The notes under the pieces: model-generated
Databases searched by the model: none
What the model was told of the DNA's origin: nothing
What the model saw: only the letters and a program-made list of their open reading frames with translations
Made by a program: the position numbers and the translations under genes
Assembly (NCBI GenBank): GCA_951406725.2
Contig: OX597817.1
Coordinates: forward strand, 19,158,001-19,222,000
DNA from: Octopus vulgaris
Lineage: Eukaryota
DNA: 64,000 nucleotides
Direction: 5' to 3'
Part shown: piece by piece, positions 13,409 through 26,751 of the stretch
Layout of the letters: every line of letters begins with the position of its first letter
Position numbering within the stretch: the stretch's first letter is position 1

Positions 13409-14400
13409 ATGAGTGTTGAAAAAATTGTAATTAGAGCCATTTTTCAGGGCAGACGTAAAAGAATTTAATGATGTGGAAGGTCATGGAACTGTTAAAGAAC
13501 GTACGACACAAAACTGGTTCAAACGCTTCAATTAAGTTGACACCAGTTTCGAAGATAAACCAAAGTCAGGGAAGGCTTCTGTTGTGGGAGATGGGGCCTT
13601 GCTTGAAATGTTTGACCATCAAACAAGCACGAGCACTCGTACATTGTCGGCAGAACTTAGTCCTTCCCAAAGCACTATCAATCGACAATTCTATAAGCTC
13701 ACCCATTTGACCAGACGCTGTCGGAAAATTCCCATGAATTGACCAATGACAGGCTCAGTGGTGGGTGAATATTAACAAACAACTACTGCCTAATCCTGAT
13801 GCACATTTTTGGCGTCGATTTGTGACTGAGTATGAAAATCGAACCTATTTTCTTAACTGAGCATAAAAATGGATCTATTTCGTAATTCTAATAAAGATAA
13901 TCAGTGGCTTCGGTCCGGTCAGGCTTCAGAATAAGGGCAGTTTGAACTGAAGGTCATATTGTGCGTTTGTTGGAAATTCGAGGGGGCATTGCCCTCTGAA
14001 CTTGTCCCGGGGGGGGGGGGGCATGCTGGGAATGCTAACCTTTATGATTAACAACTGCAGCGAGTTTATGATACTTTAATAGCCCGTGCACGATGCGCAC
14101 TCCTACACCATGATAATGCTCCAGCAAAAAGTGTCAGTCTAACGAAGCGCAAATTTGAGGAATCTGAAAAGAAGGAATTGGTGCCTCATCCTGATTAGAG
14201 TCCAGACCTTGTGCCATCAAATTAGCAGCGTCACCGAGTCACGGGTCATTTTCTGCATGGACGGAGGTCCAATAATGTGGATGAAGTTGAAAATGTGTGC
14301 AGGGAGTTTTTGCTTCTAAATCAACCAAATGGTATAAGCTTCTGGCATAATGATGGCAACAGACAATAGAATACCGTGGAATATGATATATGTTGATGAA
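13409..14400 (+). pseudogene. Decayed mariner (DD34D-type) transposase
   Basis: Collinear motifs across frameshifts and stops: TTQNWFKRF, EDKPKSG, FWRRFVTEYE (cf. IVTGDEKW), LLHHDNAPA, VPHPD*SPDLVPSN (cf. HPPYSPDLAPSDY). Confidence 0.9.
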
Positions 14401-14677
14401 TATACGCTTTTCGTATGTGTTGTACTTGAACGATTAAGCTTGAAATACAAAACAACAACAACAAAAACACGTTTGACTCAATCTGGTATGTGCTCTTCAC
14501 ACTGGAGACTAAATTACTAGTCATTTGTGTCAGTTGTGAAAAACAAAAATGTTTTTGTGAAAAACAAAAAAAGTTTTTCACATGGAATTTTTACTCTTTA
14601 TTGCATGTTGTGTCTTGTAAATAAGTGTAAAATTATGCACCGCTGCGGTGTCAACTTACATGCACACACACACATAC

Positions 14678-14731
<54 letters not shown>

Positions 14732-15116
14732 ACACACATACAAAAATATATAATTTCAAATGAATATCTTTTTCTAGCAACCGAGGCAACCGATGTCTTC
14801 CCCGAAAGCTGTTTTCTTATTATGTTCGTGGTTAATTCATGCATATTAGCGTTTTATTTTCAACGTTTACCATTCTCATTAGTCCATTTTATTGTTTTGT
14901 TATTTTGAAGACAGGTAAAAACAATAAATACCGAAAGAAAACTACTCTCGTCTGATTCTTGTAGCGAGAAAATATTCAGTTTAGCTATAGAATAACCGCA
15001 ACTGCATTTATTTTAGTATTCTTATATCTCCTCATGTCTACACTCAACGCATGCATGCACACACAAACACACATACGTATATGTATGTCTGTATATATAT
15101 ATATATATATATATGA

Positions 15117-15804
15117 CAATTGATAATATAGGATATAAAATTTTATAAAGAATTTATCAAGTAGCGTGGAAAAAACCTCATAAGGGAAAAATCCATCAAT
15201 TTATTCGTCTTAAATATATTTACTTATATTAAGGGCATTGCTATACATGGGAAATTACTATACAAGGGAAATGAGGCATTTATGTATAGTAATCGCCTTA
15301 ATATAAGTAAATATATTTAAGAGGAATAAATTGATGGATGTTTCCCTTATGAGGTTTTTCACGCTAAATACTTTATAAATTCTTATAAAGATTTTATCCT
15401 ATTTTTCATTTGTAAATTTAACCGGAATATATTCAGTGGTGAATTTTATTCCTAATAAACACATGTACCGGGATGCAATTCAAAAAGCCTGTCTTTTACA
15501 TAGATATATAAGGTTGAACAATTCTATGTGCTATGCTGAATACATTTGGTATTCATGTGGTATGTTGATTTTTGTTCATTTTTATGTTTCTTGAATTATT
15601 CTTGCACTGAAAATTAAAAAAGTGCTCGTTGAAGACTAATTATGAAATCATATGATATGCATCTGAATTCTGTTTTTGAAATGCTCGCTTCGAGAGTTGC
15701 ATTCCCTCAAATTTGGTACAATGGGTTTATTTATTATGGTAGTTTTGACTTTATAAGTCCCTCAAATCGTGAGACATTTATGTATGGTAATGCCCTTAAT
15801 ATAA

Positions 15805-15806
<2 letters not shown>
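15117..15806 (+). mobile_element. (TA)n-embedded Penelope-like non-autonomous module: inverted copy plus a unit with a terminal direct repeat
   Basis: Inverted arms 15128-15248 and 15282-15402; 37-bp direct repeat 15272-15308 and 15770-15806; degenerate hammerhead at 15593-15670. Confidence 0.6.
15593..15670 (+). ncRNA. Degenerate minimal hammerhead ribozyme motif
   Basis: TGCA-CTGAAAA-(weak stem II)-GAAA-TCATATGA-TA-TGCA, with palindromic stem III ATCATATGAT and a stem I extension GAATT/AATTC. G8A change and poor stem II suggest it is inactive. Confidence 0.45.
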
Positions 15807-15873
<67 letters not shown>

Positions 15874-16202
15874 TATATACCTACATCTCTATTGATGTAT
15901 AAATGTATACATATGTATATATGGAAGTGTATTCAATAACAGTTTCACTTAGCTTCATTCGAAGTTTTGTGGCTTGGTTCGTAGAAACAGTTTAATTTGT
16001 CAGATAACTAGAGAAGTGTAATTGGGTTTGAAACAAATATAAGATAGCTTCTAGATTTGAGACCTCTATTTGTGAACTTAACATGATCTTGGTTCAGAAA
16101 GCGACATCGGGGATTTTCTTCATTCTTAGGTTCCCATGCTGAGACAGGCTGTTACAGACAGATGTCACCACTATACCTCTAAACTGTGACATGTATGTAG
16201 CG

Positions 16203-16680
16203 ACTATAATTTCGACATGATTGTCCTAGTAAGTTATGAATTCACAACCTGATACTGAATAATTTTACTCAACAATTACCAAGACCTATATAGCAATTTA
16301 TAATTTGGTAAAACCTGAGCCAGCATTTTATTGTATTTCTGTCGAAGTTACTAGTGAACTTTTAGTTGTTATTTACTTATACGTCGAGGCTTGTGTTTTG
16401 TACAATAGTTGGTTTATATACTTTAGAGGACTGTGTCACATCAACGTTAAAGGCTTGTGATATTCAGGAGAATGACTGCGAGAGTAATACCTGTCATCAC
16501 CACAGACGGTGGAAGCAGGTTAAGGAGGGGGTCGACCCTTTTGAGAAAGCACGTATTCTGCATGAAGAATTTAAGCGGCGTGCTGCCCCAGAGGGCATTG
16601 CTAGTGTAGTGAATGAGGAAAGCTTCGTTTGCAATGTTTGCAGTCGTGTATTCTTGTCAAGAGCAGGGTTCATTTGCTAT
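16203..16680. repeat. Local templated duplication: inverted copy of 20132-20354 fused to a direct copy of RTE segment 19358-19608
   Basis: 16203-16425 is the reverse complement of 20132-20354 with few mismatches; 16426-16680 matches the RTE 3' coding segment. Confidence 0.85.
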
Positions 16681-17966
16681 CATACATGGTAGAATGGGAG
16701 TTGTCGCGCGTAGTATTTCGGAGGACTTTGAGTAGGGAAATAACACATTAGTTGAAGCAGTCATTCTGTGCAGATAACTAGCTTTGGTGGTGCTAGGTTA
16801 AAAATTGCGGCTAAATGGTTAACAAGGGGTGCTGGTCTATGTAAGTGGCAAATTTTTTATTACCATGCTTACAAAGTTTTACAAAGTTTTTATTACCTAC
16901 TTGTGTGTAAGCCGCAAGTAGTTTGAATTTAATTAACAGTGCCTATTTCTAGTGACGACAATATGCTATTTCATTCTTCCTGTTGATGAATACTACGGAT
17001 TCGTGGAACATGTGTAGTCTTTTGCGGAGGCAACGTTCCAGGTGAATAAGTAGGTGTTTGTATGAATCTCAATTCGATGTTTGAAATCGTTCTGATGGTT
17101 GCGGATTCTCCAGATGAAACCCGTGAAGAAGATGGTTTTTACTAAATAATCTTTTTAAATACAATTAACTTACGTTTGACATAAAAACGGTAATTTATGC
17201 TTGTATAGATAGAGGTAAATCTTATACTAAATTATTAATTCACGTAATGTTAATATAGATTGGTTTTAGGAATTGATGTGTTTATAATATAGTCGTTGAG
17301 GGTTTCTTTAGGTTTAGCATTTTCTATATATATCGGTATTGTAATTTTATGTGTTTAATCTTTTTATTTTTTAAATTTGATTAATTTTTTTATATTTAAA
17401 AAAATATATTTGTAAATTATATATTTTTATAATATCTTCATTTTATTATATTTGTATTCATATTCTTATTTTTCTATTTAATATGACTTATAGTACGTAT
17501 TTTTAACTTTGATCCGTTAATAATTATAATAATAAGATAAATAGCCTGGGGATGCTCTCGTGGATTTATGTCTTCGCTATAACCTTTATAAACTCCCCTC
17601 CAGCGAAGAAACACATGTAGCGTTGATTAAAAATATCTTATTTCCTCACAGACTAATAACAGGTAAGTTATATAGATTTTTTCAAATATTTTTACAAATA
17701 ATTTGATTGTATTTTATAGTAGTTTTTTTAAATGCTTAAATTAGTTTATTGGATATAACTTTCCATGTGTATTCCATACAATAAATTTATCCTGAAATGG
17801 GAGTTGCGCTTCTATTGGTAAAATCCCAAATTTGTCATAATATTATACTTGAGACTGTTTACATTGCATTAGTAAAGTGTAAAATAGTAAATGTCCTGAT
17901 AACATGGAATACTTATTATTCCCTAAGATTTTAAAAATATATACATATGTATATATATATAAATAA

Positions 17967-18007
<41 letters not shown>

Positions 18008-18160
18008 TATATATATACATACATACATGTACATATATATATATATATATATAACAAAATAATAAATAAAATATATGTATATATACATAAATATATATAT
18101 ATATATGTATGTATGTATGTATGCATGTATTTGTGTTTGTGTACATATGCATGTATGTAT

Positions 18161-19778
18161 GTCAAGTCACTTATGAGGATCCTGCTAATGCTACTGGTAA
18201 CACGTAATCTAGTACAACCTCTTGCATACTCGGGTTGTCGGCGGCTAAACCGGCCCCTCCAACAGGCCATCCTGGTGAGGACGATTGATAGAAACCCAGT
18301 AGGATTAAAAACAAGACCTGTTGAAAGGTTGGATGAACATAGTGCAAGCTCAACGGCTATCTAGCCATAGCACGAGTACTCAGAACTTTCTGGATGGTGT
18401 CCGGAGTGCTAGAACACCACTGGCTGTGTGGCACCCCCCCAGGCTCTATTGAAGCTTGCCTCTAGGAGAAGATCACACTGATATAAAACCAGATATGCAG
18501 GGAATGGTATTGGGCATTTTGGGGATCTTTGTTTTGTACTAGAGATCATGGCTCTCCCACATCCCTGAGCCTGCTCATATTGGCACCAGACATCTCGATC
18601 TGGCTTGTCTCAGGATAATGTCAATAGAGTGGAAGGGTCTATGAGGTGTCGTGCAAGCCTTAATGGACCTAAAATTCTGCACAGGCATTGCTGACCTCTG
18701 CTCGATAAGTGCTGCTCTTGCCACTACGTATATATATTTATTTTATTTTTAGTATATATGCATTTTTATTTTTAGTATTTATTTATTTTTAGTATATATT
18801 TATTTTATTTTTATTCGGAAGCCCTGCGGTGAAGGTAATGTGGCGAAGCTTGCAAACCTGACGGGTTGGAAGCATGTTGTCTGCGACCTGCACGTGGGCG
18901 AACCATGCTGGATATAAAGCCGTCTCCTTGTCGCCCAAGACAGCGATAGGATTCGGTTTCTGCATGGATGTCTGAGCGGCTCTATTTGGAGAGAGCACTG
19001 CTCACCCGGAGGCCGGGAAGGCACTAGAAAAGGTGTGTGTACTGTGCATGTGTACTGGCATCGCTCCTTTACTCATGTGTGACATGGACCCTTTACATAC
19101 GTCATGTGAGGGTCCTTAAACGCTTTCATCAGATATGTTTGAGACACATTTGGAATGTTGGCTGGACCTGAAAAACGTCAGACACACAGGTCCTGAGGGA
19201 AGCTGATATCTTGAGAATTGAGGCGATTGTGCACAAGCACGTGTTGTGCTCGACTGGACACTATATTAGAAAGAAGGATAGAAGGACCCCTAAATTGATG
19301 CTATATAGGGAACTTATTAATAGAAAGAGACCCGGGTAGAGACCAAGGCTGCGATTAAAGGACTGTGTCACGTCAACGTTAAAGGCTTGTGATATACAGG
19401 AGAATGACTGGGAGAGTAATACCTGTCATCACCAAAGACGGTGGAAGCAGGTTAAGGAGGGGCTCGACCCTTTTCAGAAAGCACGTATTCTGCATGAAGA
19501 ATTTAAGCGTGCTGCTCGAAAGCGCATTGCTAGTGTAGTGAATGGGGAAAGCTTCGTTTGCAATGTTTGCAGTCGTGTATTCTTGTCAAGAGCAGGGCTC
19601 ATTCGCCACGACCGGATCCGCAAATGCAAAATATATTTTAGTCCTAGAGCGCACAATGTTCCTGAAGGCCAAGAATGGTCTCATTCGGTCACGAGTGGAC
19701 GGAAATGATGTATGTATGTATGTATGTATGTATGTATGTATGTATGTATGTATGTATGTATGTATGTATGTATGTATG
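18161..19778 (+). mobile_element. Internally deleted RTE-clade LINE: probable 5' UTR plus ORF C-terminus and (ATGT)n tail
   Basis: 19110-19630 encodes LKRFHQICLRHIWNV, RTPKLMLYREL, RPRLRLKDCVTSTLKACDI and the zinc finger CNVCSRVFLSRAGLIRH, typical of RTE C-termini. Assignment of 18161-19030 to the same element is inferred. Confidence 0.75.
18189..18255 (+). ncRNA. Remnant of an HDV-like ribozyme (3' half) at the RTE 5' end
   Basis: TGCTACT (P1') - GG (P1.1) - hairpin (P4) - GG-CTAA (J4/2) - ACCGG (P2'). The 5' strands of P1 and P2 were not found. A second partial copy lies at 32349-32389. Confidence 0.4.
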
Positions 19779-21639
19779 TATATATGTATGTCTTACATCT
19801 TTTCGTAAACAATTCAGTTTTCAAGTAAAGTTTTAACGTTTACGTATTTCTTCAGCATGTGAAAAGTTTGAATTACGGCGACAAATTTGACTTCCGAAAA
19901 TTTTCAAGACTAACCGAGGGCAACCGGAGAACTTATTCATATATCGCAACGTTTAATCTGGCATGTTATTAGTCAATATGTGAATATGTGAATATCGGTT
20001 ATTGTAGAGATTTGCTATTGTTAAGCTAAATTTTGTAACTGCATCGAGTGATACGAAAGTAAATCTTATGGCGCAACATTACTGGCTTTCATCTCTATAA
20101 AAGTCGTGTGGGACTACCTTCAAAGGGAGTTTAAAGTATATAAACCAACTATTGTACAAACCACAAGCCTCGACCTATAAGTAAATAACAACTAAAAGTT
20201 CACTAGTAACTTCGACAGAAATACAATAAAATGCTGGCTCAGGTTTTACCAAATTATAAATCGCTATATAGGTCTTGGTAATTGTTGAGTAAAATTATAC
20301 AGTATCAGGTTGTGAATTCATAACTTACCAGGACAATCATGTCGAAATTATAGTACAATTAGATTCCAGTTTGATGAATATAGCTGTAAGTTACTAAATT
20401 ATACACGAATTCCCTAACGACTATTTGGAGATACATGAACTGAGTACTTATATTAGATTCACAAAGATGTATTCCCTGTCAAAGTGAACAATTATTGTTT
20501 GAAAGGTTGTATTTTTGTTAGAACTCTGTGAAAGCTGTTCCTCTGAGAACTATATCTTATATTTTCTCATCATCTCAAATATCTTCCTCACAAATTCCTT
20601 CAGTAATTTGATGTGTGGTGGGAAATACCTTATCCTGTGTCATATCTTTGAACGCGAGAGGCATAAACTGTTAACTGAATGATTTCCAACGCATTCTCTC
20701 ACTTTCACATGAGTGTGTCTGTATTGTATGTATGCCTGTATGTACATATGCCTATGTGTGTGTGTGTGTGGGGGGTGTATGTGAATGTATGTATGTGCGC
20801 ACGTGTGTGTGTGTATATGTATATACACTTATATACATTTAGGCATGCATTTATTATGGTATTTTGTTAAAAATAGCATGTTTTGTAATCCTTTTTCAAC
20901 ACGCCAAATACTGATTCCATTTATTTCTGACAAGGAGACAAAGGGAATGTATATCTTCGCTTTGGATTCTTGTCAACATTTAAAATTTGTAGCCAGATAC
21001 ACCAGCGTATGTGATGTATACACACATATGTACAAATACACACATACGTACGCATACACACATAAACACACGCACGCATACACCTCATATTTATTTAAAG
21101 AACGAGAGGCAGATAGAGAGAAACAAATATAGATACACCTATACTAAGAAGAATGTACGAATATATGCGTGAATGCAAGCTTGTAAGCGTTCATACTTGT
21201 AATGAATCGTGTTATGTCAGCTATTCATAGTATTGCTTATCTGAACAATTTGTAACACACGATGTGACTTCTACCACTAGGATGGAAGAGAACCTCGTAG
21301 AATGCAACTGTACTTGCCGTATCTGAAATGAAGTAAAATATTTTGATATTGAGATGCACATCAATGCGTGGATAAACTAGAATAAATATGGGGTACCTAA
21401 GTTGGTAAATAGAATCGAAATACATTTTTGGAACCCATACCTTTTCCTTTCATTCTCTTATTGAGGTTTTTATTACACGCATAGGTTTTTTTTCACGCCT
21501 TCAGTGTACATTTAAAAGAAAAATTAACTTTCATTCTCATAACATACACAGTAACCACCGACCATTCTTTCTCAAGATTAGGGAATTTCTAGCTGCTATA
21601 TATGTGAGTACATACATACGTAAGTAGGTACATACATAC

Positions 21640-21696
<57 letters not shown>

Positions 21697-21730
21697 TACT
21701 TATACATATATGCATATATATTTGTATGTA

Positions 21731-21781
<51 letters not shown>

Positions 21782-22132
21782 ATCTATGTAGAAATGCTTG
21801 TGTGTATGCAGGTATGTATATTTGTAAGAATGTATGCACTAATCTACGAGTATATGAGTGTATGAAAGCAAGAATGTTTCTTTGTATCTAAACGTACATA
21901 TCTCTCTATCTCTCTATCTCTCTAAATACCATTCGTTTTCTCTCCTCTCTATCAACACACCTCTCTCTCTCTCTCTCTCTCTCTCTCATACACACATATG
22001 TGTGTGTGTGTAACAGATTAGCAATTTATGTAGATATATTTCATTAAACATATATATCTTTATATCATTCTTCCACTTTATAAATCGATAACCATATAAC
22101 TATTTCATTGATAATACATACGTACATATACA

Positions 22133-22184
<52 letters not shown>

Positions 22185-22238
22185 TATGCATGTATATGTA
22201 TGTGTATATATATGTATATATATATATGTATGGATATT

Positions 22239-22271
<33 letters not shown>

Positions 22272-22546
22272 GCAAACACTTATTTACATGTGTGATAGTA
22301 GTTATAAACTACATATGAATCTAAATACATAAGTACACTTCCAATTTTTTCTCTCTCCTCAACTCACACGTTCTCACTACTTAGCGATATTCTTCAAGTT
22401 TTCAGACAAAACATTCCTGAGATAAGAAATAAAAAAATATATAATTTAAAAACGTAGCTTTGAAAAGTGAGAAAAATGTTGGTACAGTGATGTATGATAC
22501 ACATACATACATACACACGTATATATAAATATACACATATATATAG

Positions 22547-22610
<64 letters not shown>

Positions 22611-23197
22611 CTATATTGAGATATTTTTGTCCATCAATCCGATTCATTTCGACCAGTATTCTTAAAGATAAGATTTCTTCTTTCAAAGAAAAATAAACCA
22701 CTGTTTATCTTTTTTTTTATTTACATTCCTCTCGATGTTTTTATGTACTTTTTTTGTCTCTGAAAAATCTCAAGTGTTTTGACAATTTTATTATGAATTC
22801 CCATTTAAATTATTAGGTGTGCACGCACACCTATGTACATTCATACATACACAAAATACACGCAAATTCAAACACCTTAATCACAAACATATGTTCATAT
22901 GTACACACACGTGTATCTATCTAAAATAAAGAAAAAATATGTTACTATAAAAATATTAATATGTGCACACACACAGATATAGTGTGTATATATATATATA
23001 TATAGACAGGTATATGTTTAGCTGCATGCCTACGTCTATCTAAGTATGCACAACTACAGCTTAGTAACTGTATAGTACCTGTATTTTGGTGAGCTGTGTG
23101 CGAAATTTTGAGATATGGATTAGTCGCAAATGTGTAGAATTGTCTGTGTTTGATTTATTTTGATCAAATGCATACCTATATAGTAATATATACATAC

Positions 23198-23286
<89 letters not shown>

Positions 23287-23343
23287 TGCGTGTGTGTGTG
23301 TATTCGCATAAATGGGTTTTCTAGGAATATGCATGTAGGAAGT

Positions 23344-23388
<45 letters not shown>

Positions 23389-23452
23389 GGTGGTTCTCTC
23401 CTAAGGCAGAGTCTGACAACTTCCTGTACCTACACCTTAGGTATCTCTCTTT

Positions 23453-23523
<71 letters not shown>

Positions 23524-23740
23524 ATAGATAGATATATAGACATATATGAATGTTTGTGTGTTGATGAAGTAAGATAAGTCTGTGCATTTTCTTTTTATAT
23601 CGGTGCACATATAAATATACCCATTTACTCATACTGCTCCATATTGAAAAGCATCTACTTGTCAAAGTGTATGGTTTATTAATACATACGTATGCACATA
23701 CATGCATACATACATACATACGTACATACACATAATCATG

Positions 23741-23777
<37 letters not shown>

Positions 23778-24168
23778 GTTTGTGCATTTGTGTGTTTGTG
23801 TGGGCGTATGCAAGATCTTTTCTTTGGGGAAATATAGCAAATCATATCCTTTTAAAGTCACCACATATAAAGATGCCCATAATCTTCCTCAAACGCAGAT
23901 AAGCAAAAATACATTCGTATACATACATATTTATATGCTTGTTTGTACGTATGATATTTGCCCACGCACTCACACACACAGACACAAACGCGCACACGCA
24001 CGCACACACATATACAAATACCGGTAATTCTATACATTATAGAATACAGCCGATACTCTGAGTTTTTTTACTAGCAATTTATGTTTCGACGGACACTTTC
24101 CACTTTCCACGCGAAAAATATTCATAGACACACAAAACCCTACACACAGATATAGATGCATATATATA

Positions 24169-24226
<58 letters not shown>

Positions 24227-25482
24227 AAAATAGATATTCAGATACATACAAACTTACATACATACATACATGTTACAGATATTTCTTGATATATATTGGA
24301 GTGTGTGTTGAGTGAACATGTTTGTGTTTGTGTCTATGAATATATGTATACAAAGCTACACGCTTATACACTTGTATGTGTATCTGTGAATATGCTTCAT
24401 ATCATAAGCGTTATTCTTTTGTCAGATTTTCAAATTTATTTTACTATTTTGGTTTAAGATAATGTCCAGAACGTGTACTAAGATACGATTTATTTGTAAA
24501 ATTTTAATAATTTCACTTAATACCATTATATAATGGCCATGTTTATCTTCTACGCTACTTTACGATATTTGTATTGTATTTTTTATCAAGTTTCTTTTCT
24601 TTTTCGTCGACACTCCCTTGACAAGAATAAAATCCCCGATATTTGAAATCAACATTTTTATTCAATTTATTAGATTTTCTGGAAGATATCACGAAAATTC
24701 TGCTTTGACATGTTTATATTCTGTAATATTCCCCACCCACGTAACTAACTATTTTTTTTCTGTCATTTAAAAGGAATCCCCGTTATTATTTTCTGTTAGC
24801 AACTTTGGATAGTTTTCAGGTCTTTATTTTCATTCTTATTGTTATAAAACCATTATAATAGTTTGAATTTTTGCCAAAAGTAAAAGAAAAACACCCAAAT
24901 AAACATACTTCTATGTTCCATTTATTTATCTCTCTTTTCTCAATATTATATATACATATAGTAGATTTTATGTTAGTAGATTCGTATGCATGGGTGTTTC
25001 GTTGGATATTGCTAGGCCTATCTAAACGTTCCTCTATTATTCTGCTTATATTTATATTTAGTTTGTTTTGTGTGTATTATACATACACACTCGTACATGT
25101 AAGAATATTTATAACTATATACACATCGGAGCAAATTCACATAAATACAAATTGACTTCAATAGACAAAGACAGAAGTAAGCACACACTCACACAACCAC
25201 ATATGTATATCCATATATACATGTGTGTGTACTGGTGAATGCATATATATATATGCATACATATATAAATATAAATATAAATATAAATATAAATATAAAT
25301 ATAAATATATATATATATATAGAGAGAGAGATAGATACATAGATAGATATATAAGTTTCTTTATTGGCCACACATATGGGACAAATTAAAAAGTTGAAGC
25401 TTTTCTTTTGGGGGATGAAACGAAAAGAAAAAAAGAAAAAAAAGGAAAATAAACAAAAGAAGAAAAAAGAGGAAAAAAGGGG

Positions 25483-25526
<44 letters not shown>

Positions 25527-25917
25527 AGATAAATAGATAGATATGTAAAGTAAAATGAACTTAGATATCAAATTGCAAGGAACATATTCTTAACCTAAAC
25601 TGCCTACATTGTTGGTTATTCCCCCTTATCATACTTGGCCTCACAGAGACATCCCTGCTGTATTCTTGGATACTATTTTGTTTGTAAAATTACTTCTCAT
25701 ATGATGATTACGGTCTTTTATATTGAATAAAAGGTTTTTATTCTTCTATCAAAATGTTACGTAAGAAACATGTATTACATAACAATTATCCAACATATGT
25801 TATTATTGATTTTGATTATATATATATATATATGTATAAGGGTGGAAAGGAACACACGAGTTGATATATATGAAAAAACAAGTCAAAAATAGAAAATGCT
25901 AAGATAATTTTATAGTG

Positions 25918-25970
25918 AATCTTTCAGTACCGGTTTCGGTCATTTTGAGACCTTTTCAACTGTAACGATT
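25918..25970 (-). ncRNA. Minimal hammerhead ribozyme motif, U3:A8 variant (left arm)
   Basis: Exact reverse complement of 26609-26661. Confidence 0.7.
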
Positions 25971-26608
25971 AAATAATTAAATTTAGAAAAATTAGAAGAA
26001 AAGTTTTTTTTAAAAGAATATTTCTATAGTAGTGTTCAGATGTAAGTGGCATTCTGCCTTTCTCTGACTCCCTTGTTTGCACTTGTGTGTTCGAGGTCGT
26101 TGTGAGTTCTTGGTAGGGTAGGTGAAGAAGAAGGCTGATGTGGAGAGGGGCTGGGGAAATCTGGGAATGCCTTGATGGTCGTATTTTGAATGGTCAGTGG
26201 CGGACAACTTCTTCTTCTTCTTCTTCTTCATCATCATCATCATCAACATCGTCATCTTCTTCTTCTTCTTCTTCTACTTCTCCACCTTCTACTCCTTAAC
26301 CTTGTCACTAATGTCTTTCAATATAACGCCTACGCAAATTCCATAAACAATTCCTGAATTGAACTGCGACTGTTGTCCGCCACTGACCATTCAAAATACG
26401 ACCATCAAGGCATTCCAAGATTTCCCCACCCCCTCTCCACATCAGCCTTCTTCTTCACCTACCCTACCAAGAACTCACAACGACCTCGAACACACAAGTG
26501 CAAACAAGGGAGTCAGAGAAAAGCAGAATGCCACTTACATCTGAACACTACTATAGAAATATTCTTTTAAAAAAACTTTTCTTCTAATTTTTCTAAATTT
26601 AATTATTT

Positions 26609-26661
26609 AATCGTTACAGTTGAAAAGGTCTCAAAATGACCGAAACCGGTACTGAAAGATT
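26609..26661 (+). ncRNA. Minimal hammerhead ribozyme motif, U3:A8 variant (right arm)
   Basis: AATC-GTTA-CAG-TTGAAAA-GGTC-tcaaaat-GACC-GAAA-CCGG-TA-CTG-AAA-GATT. Stem I CAG/CTG extended by AATC/GATT, stem II GGTC/GACC, palindromic stem III ACCGGT, cleavage triplet GUA. Confidence 0.7.
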
Positions 26662-26703
26662 CACTATAAAATTATCTTAGCATTTTCTATTTTTGACTTG
26701 TTT

Positions 26704-26751
<48 letters not shown>

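Larger units (their letters stand above)
25864..26715. repeat. ~345-bp near-perfect inverted repeat (arms 25864-26208 and 26372-26715) with a 163-bp spacer, TA-flanked
   Basis: The arms differ by about 3 substitutions and one homopolymer indel by eye; the ORF track shows the same peptide on both strands. Confidence 0.95.

Noticed and set aside
17150-17520. Very AT-rich tract as a mitochondrial insertion
   Set aside because: No recognisable mitochondrial gene, tRNA or rRNA motif.
21237-21322. Strong minus-strand acceptor as an exon of the gene; similar candidates at 23083-23178, 28318-28385 and 29631-29672
   Set aside because: No convincing donor/acceptor pair or phase-consistent chain with recognisable protein.
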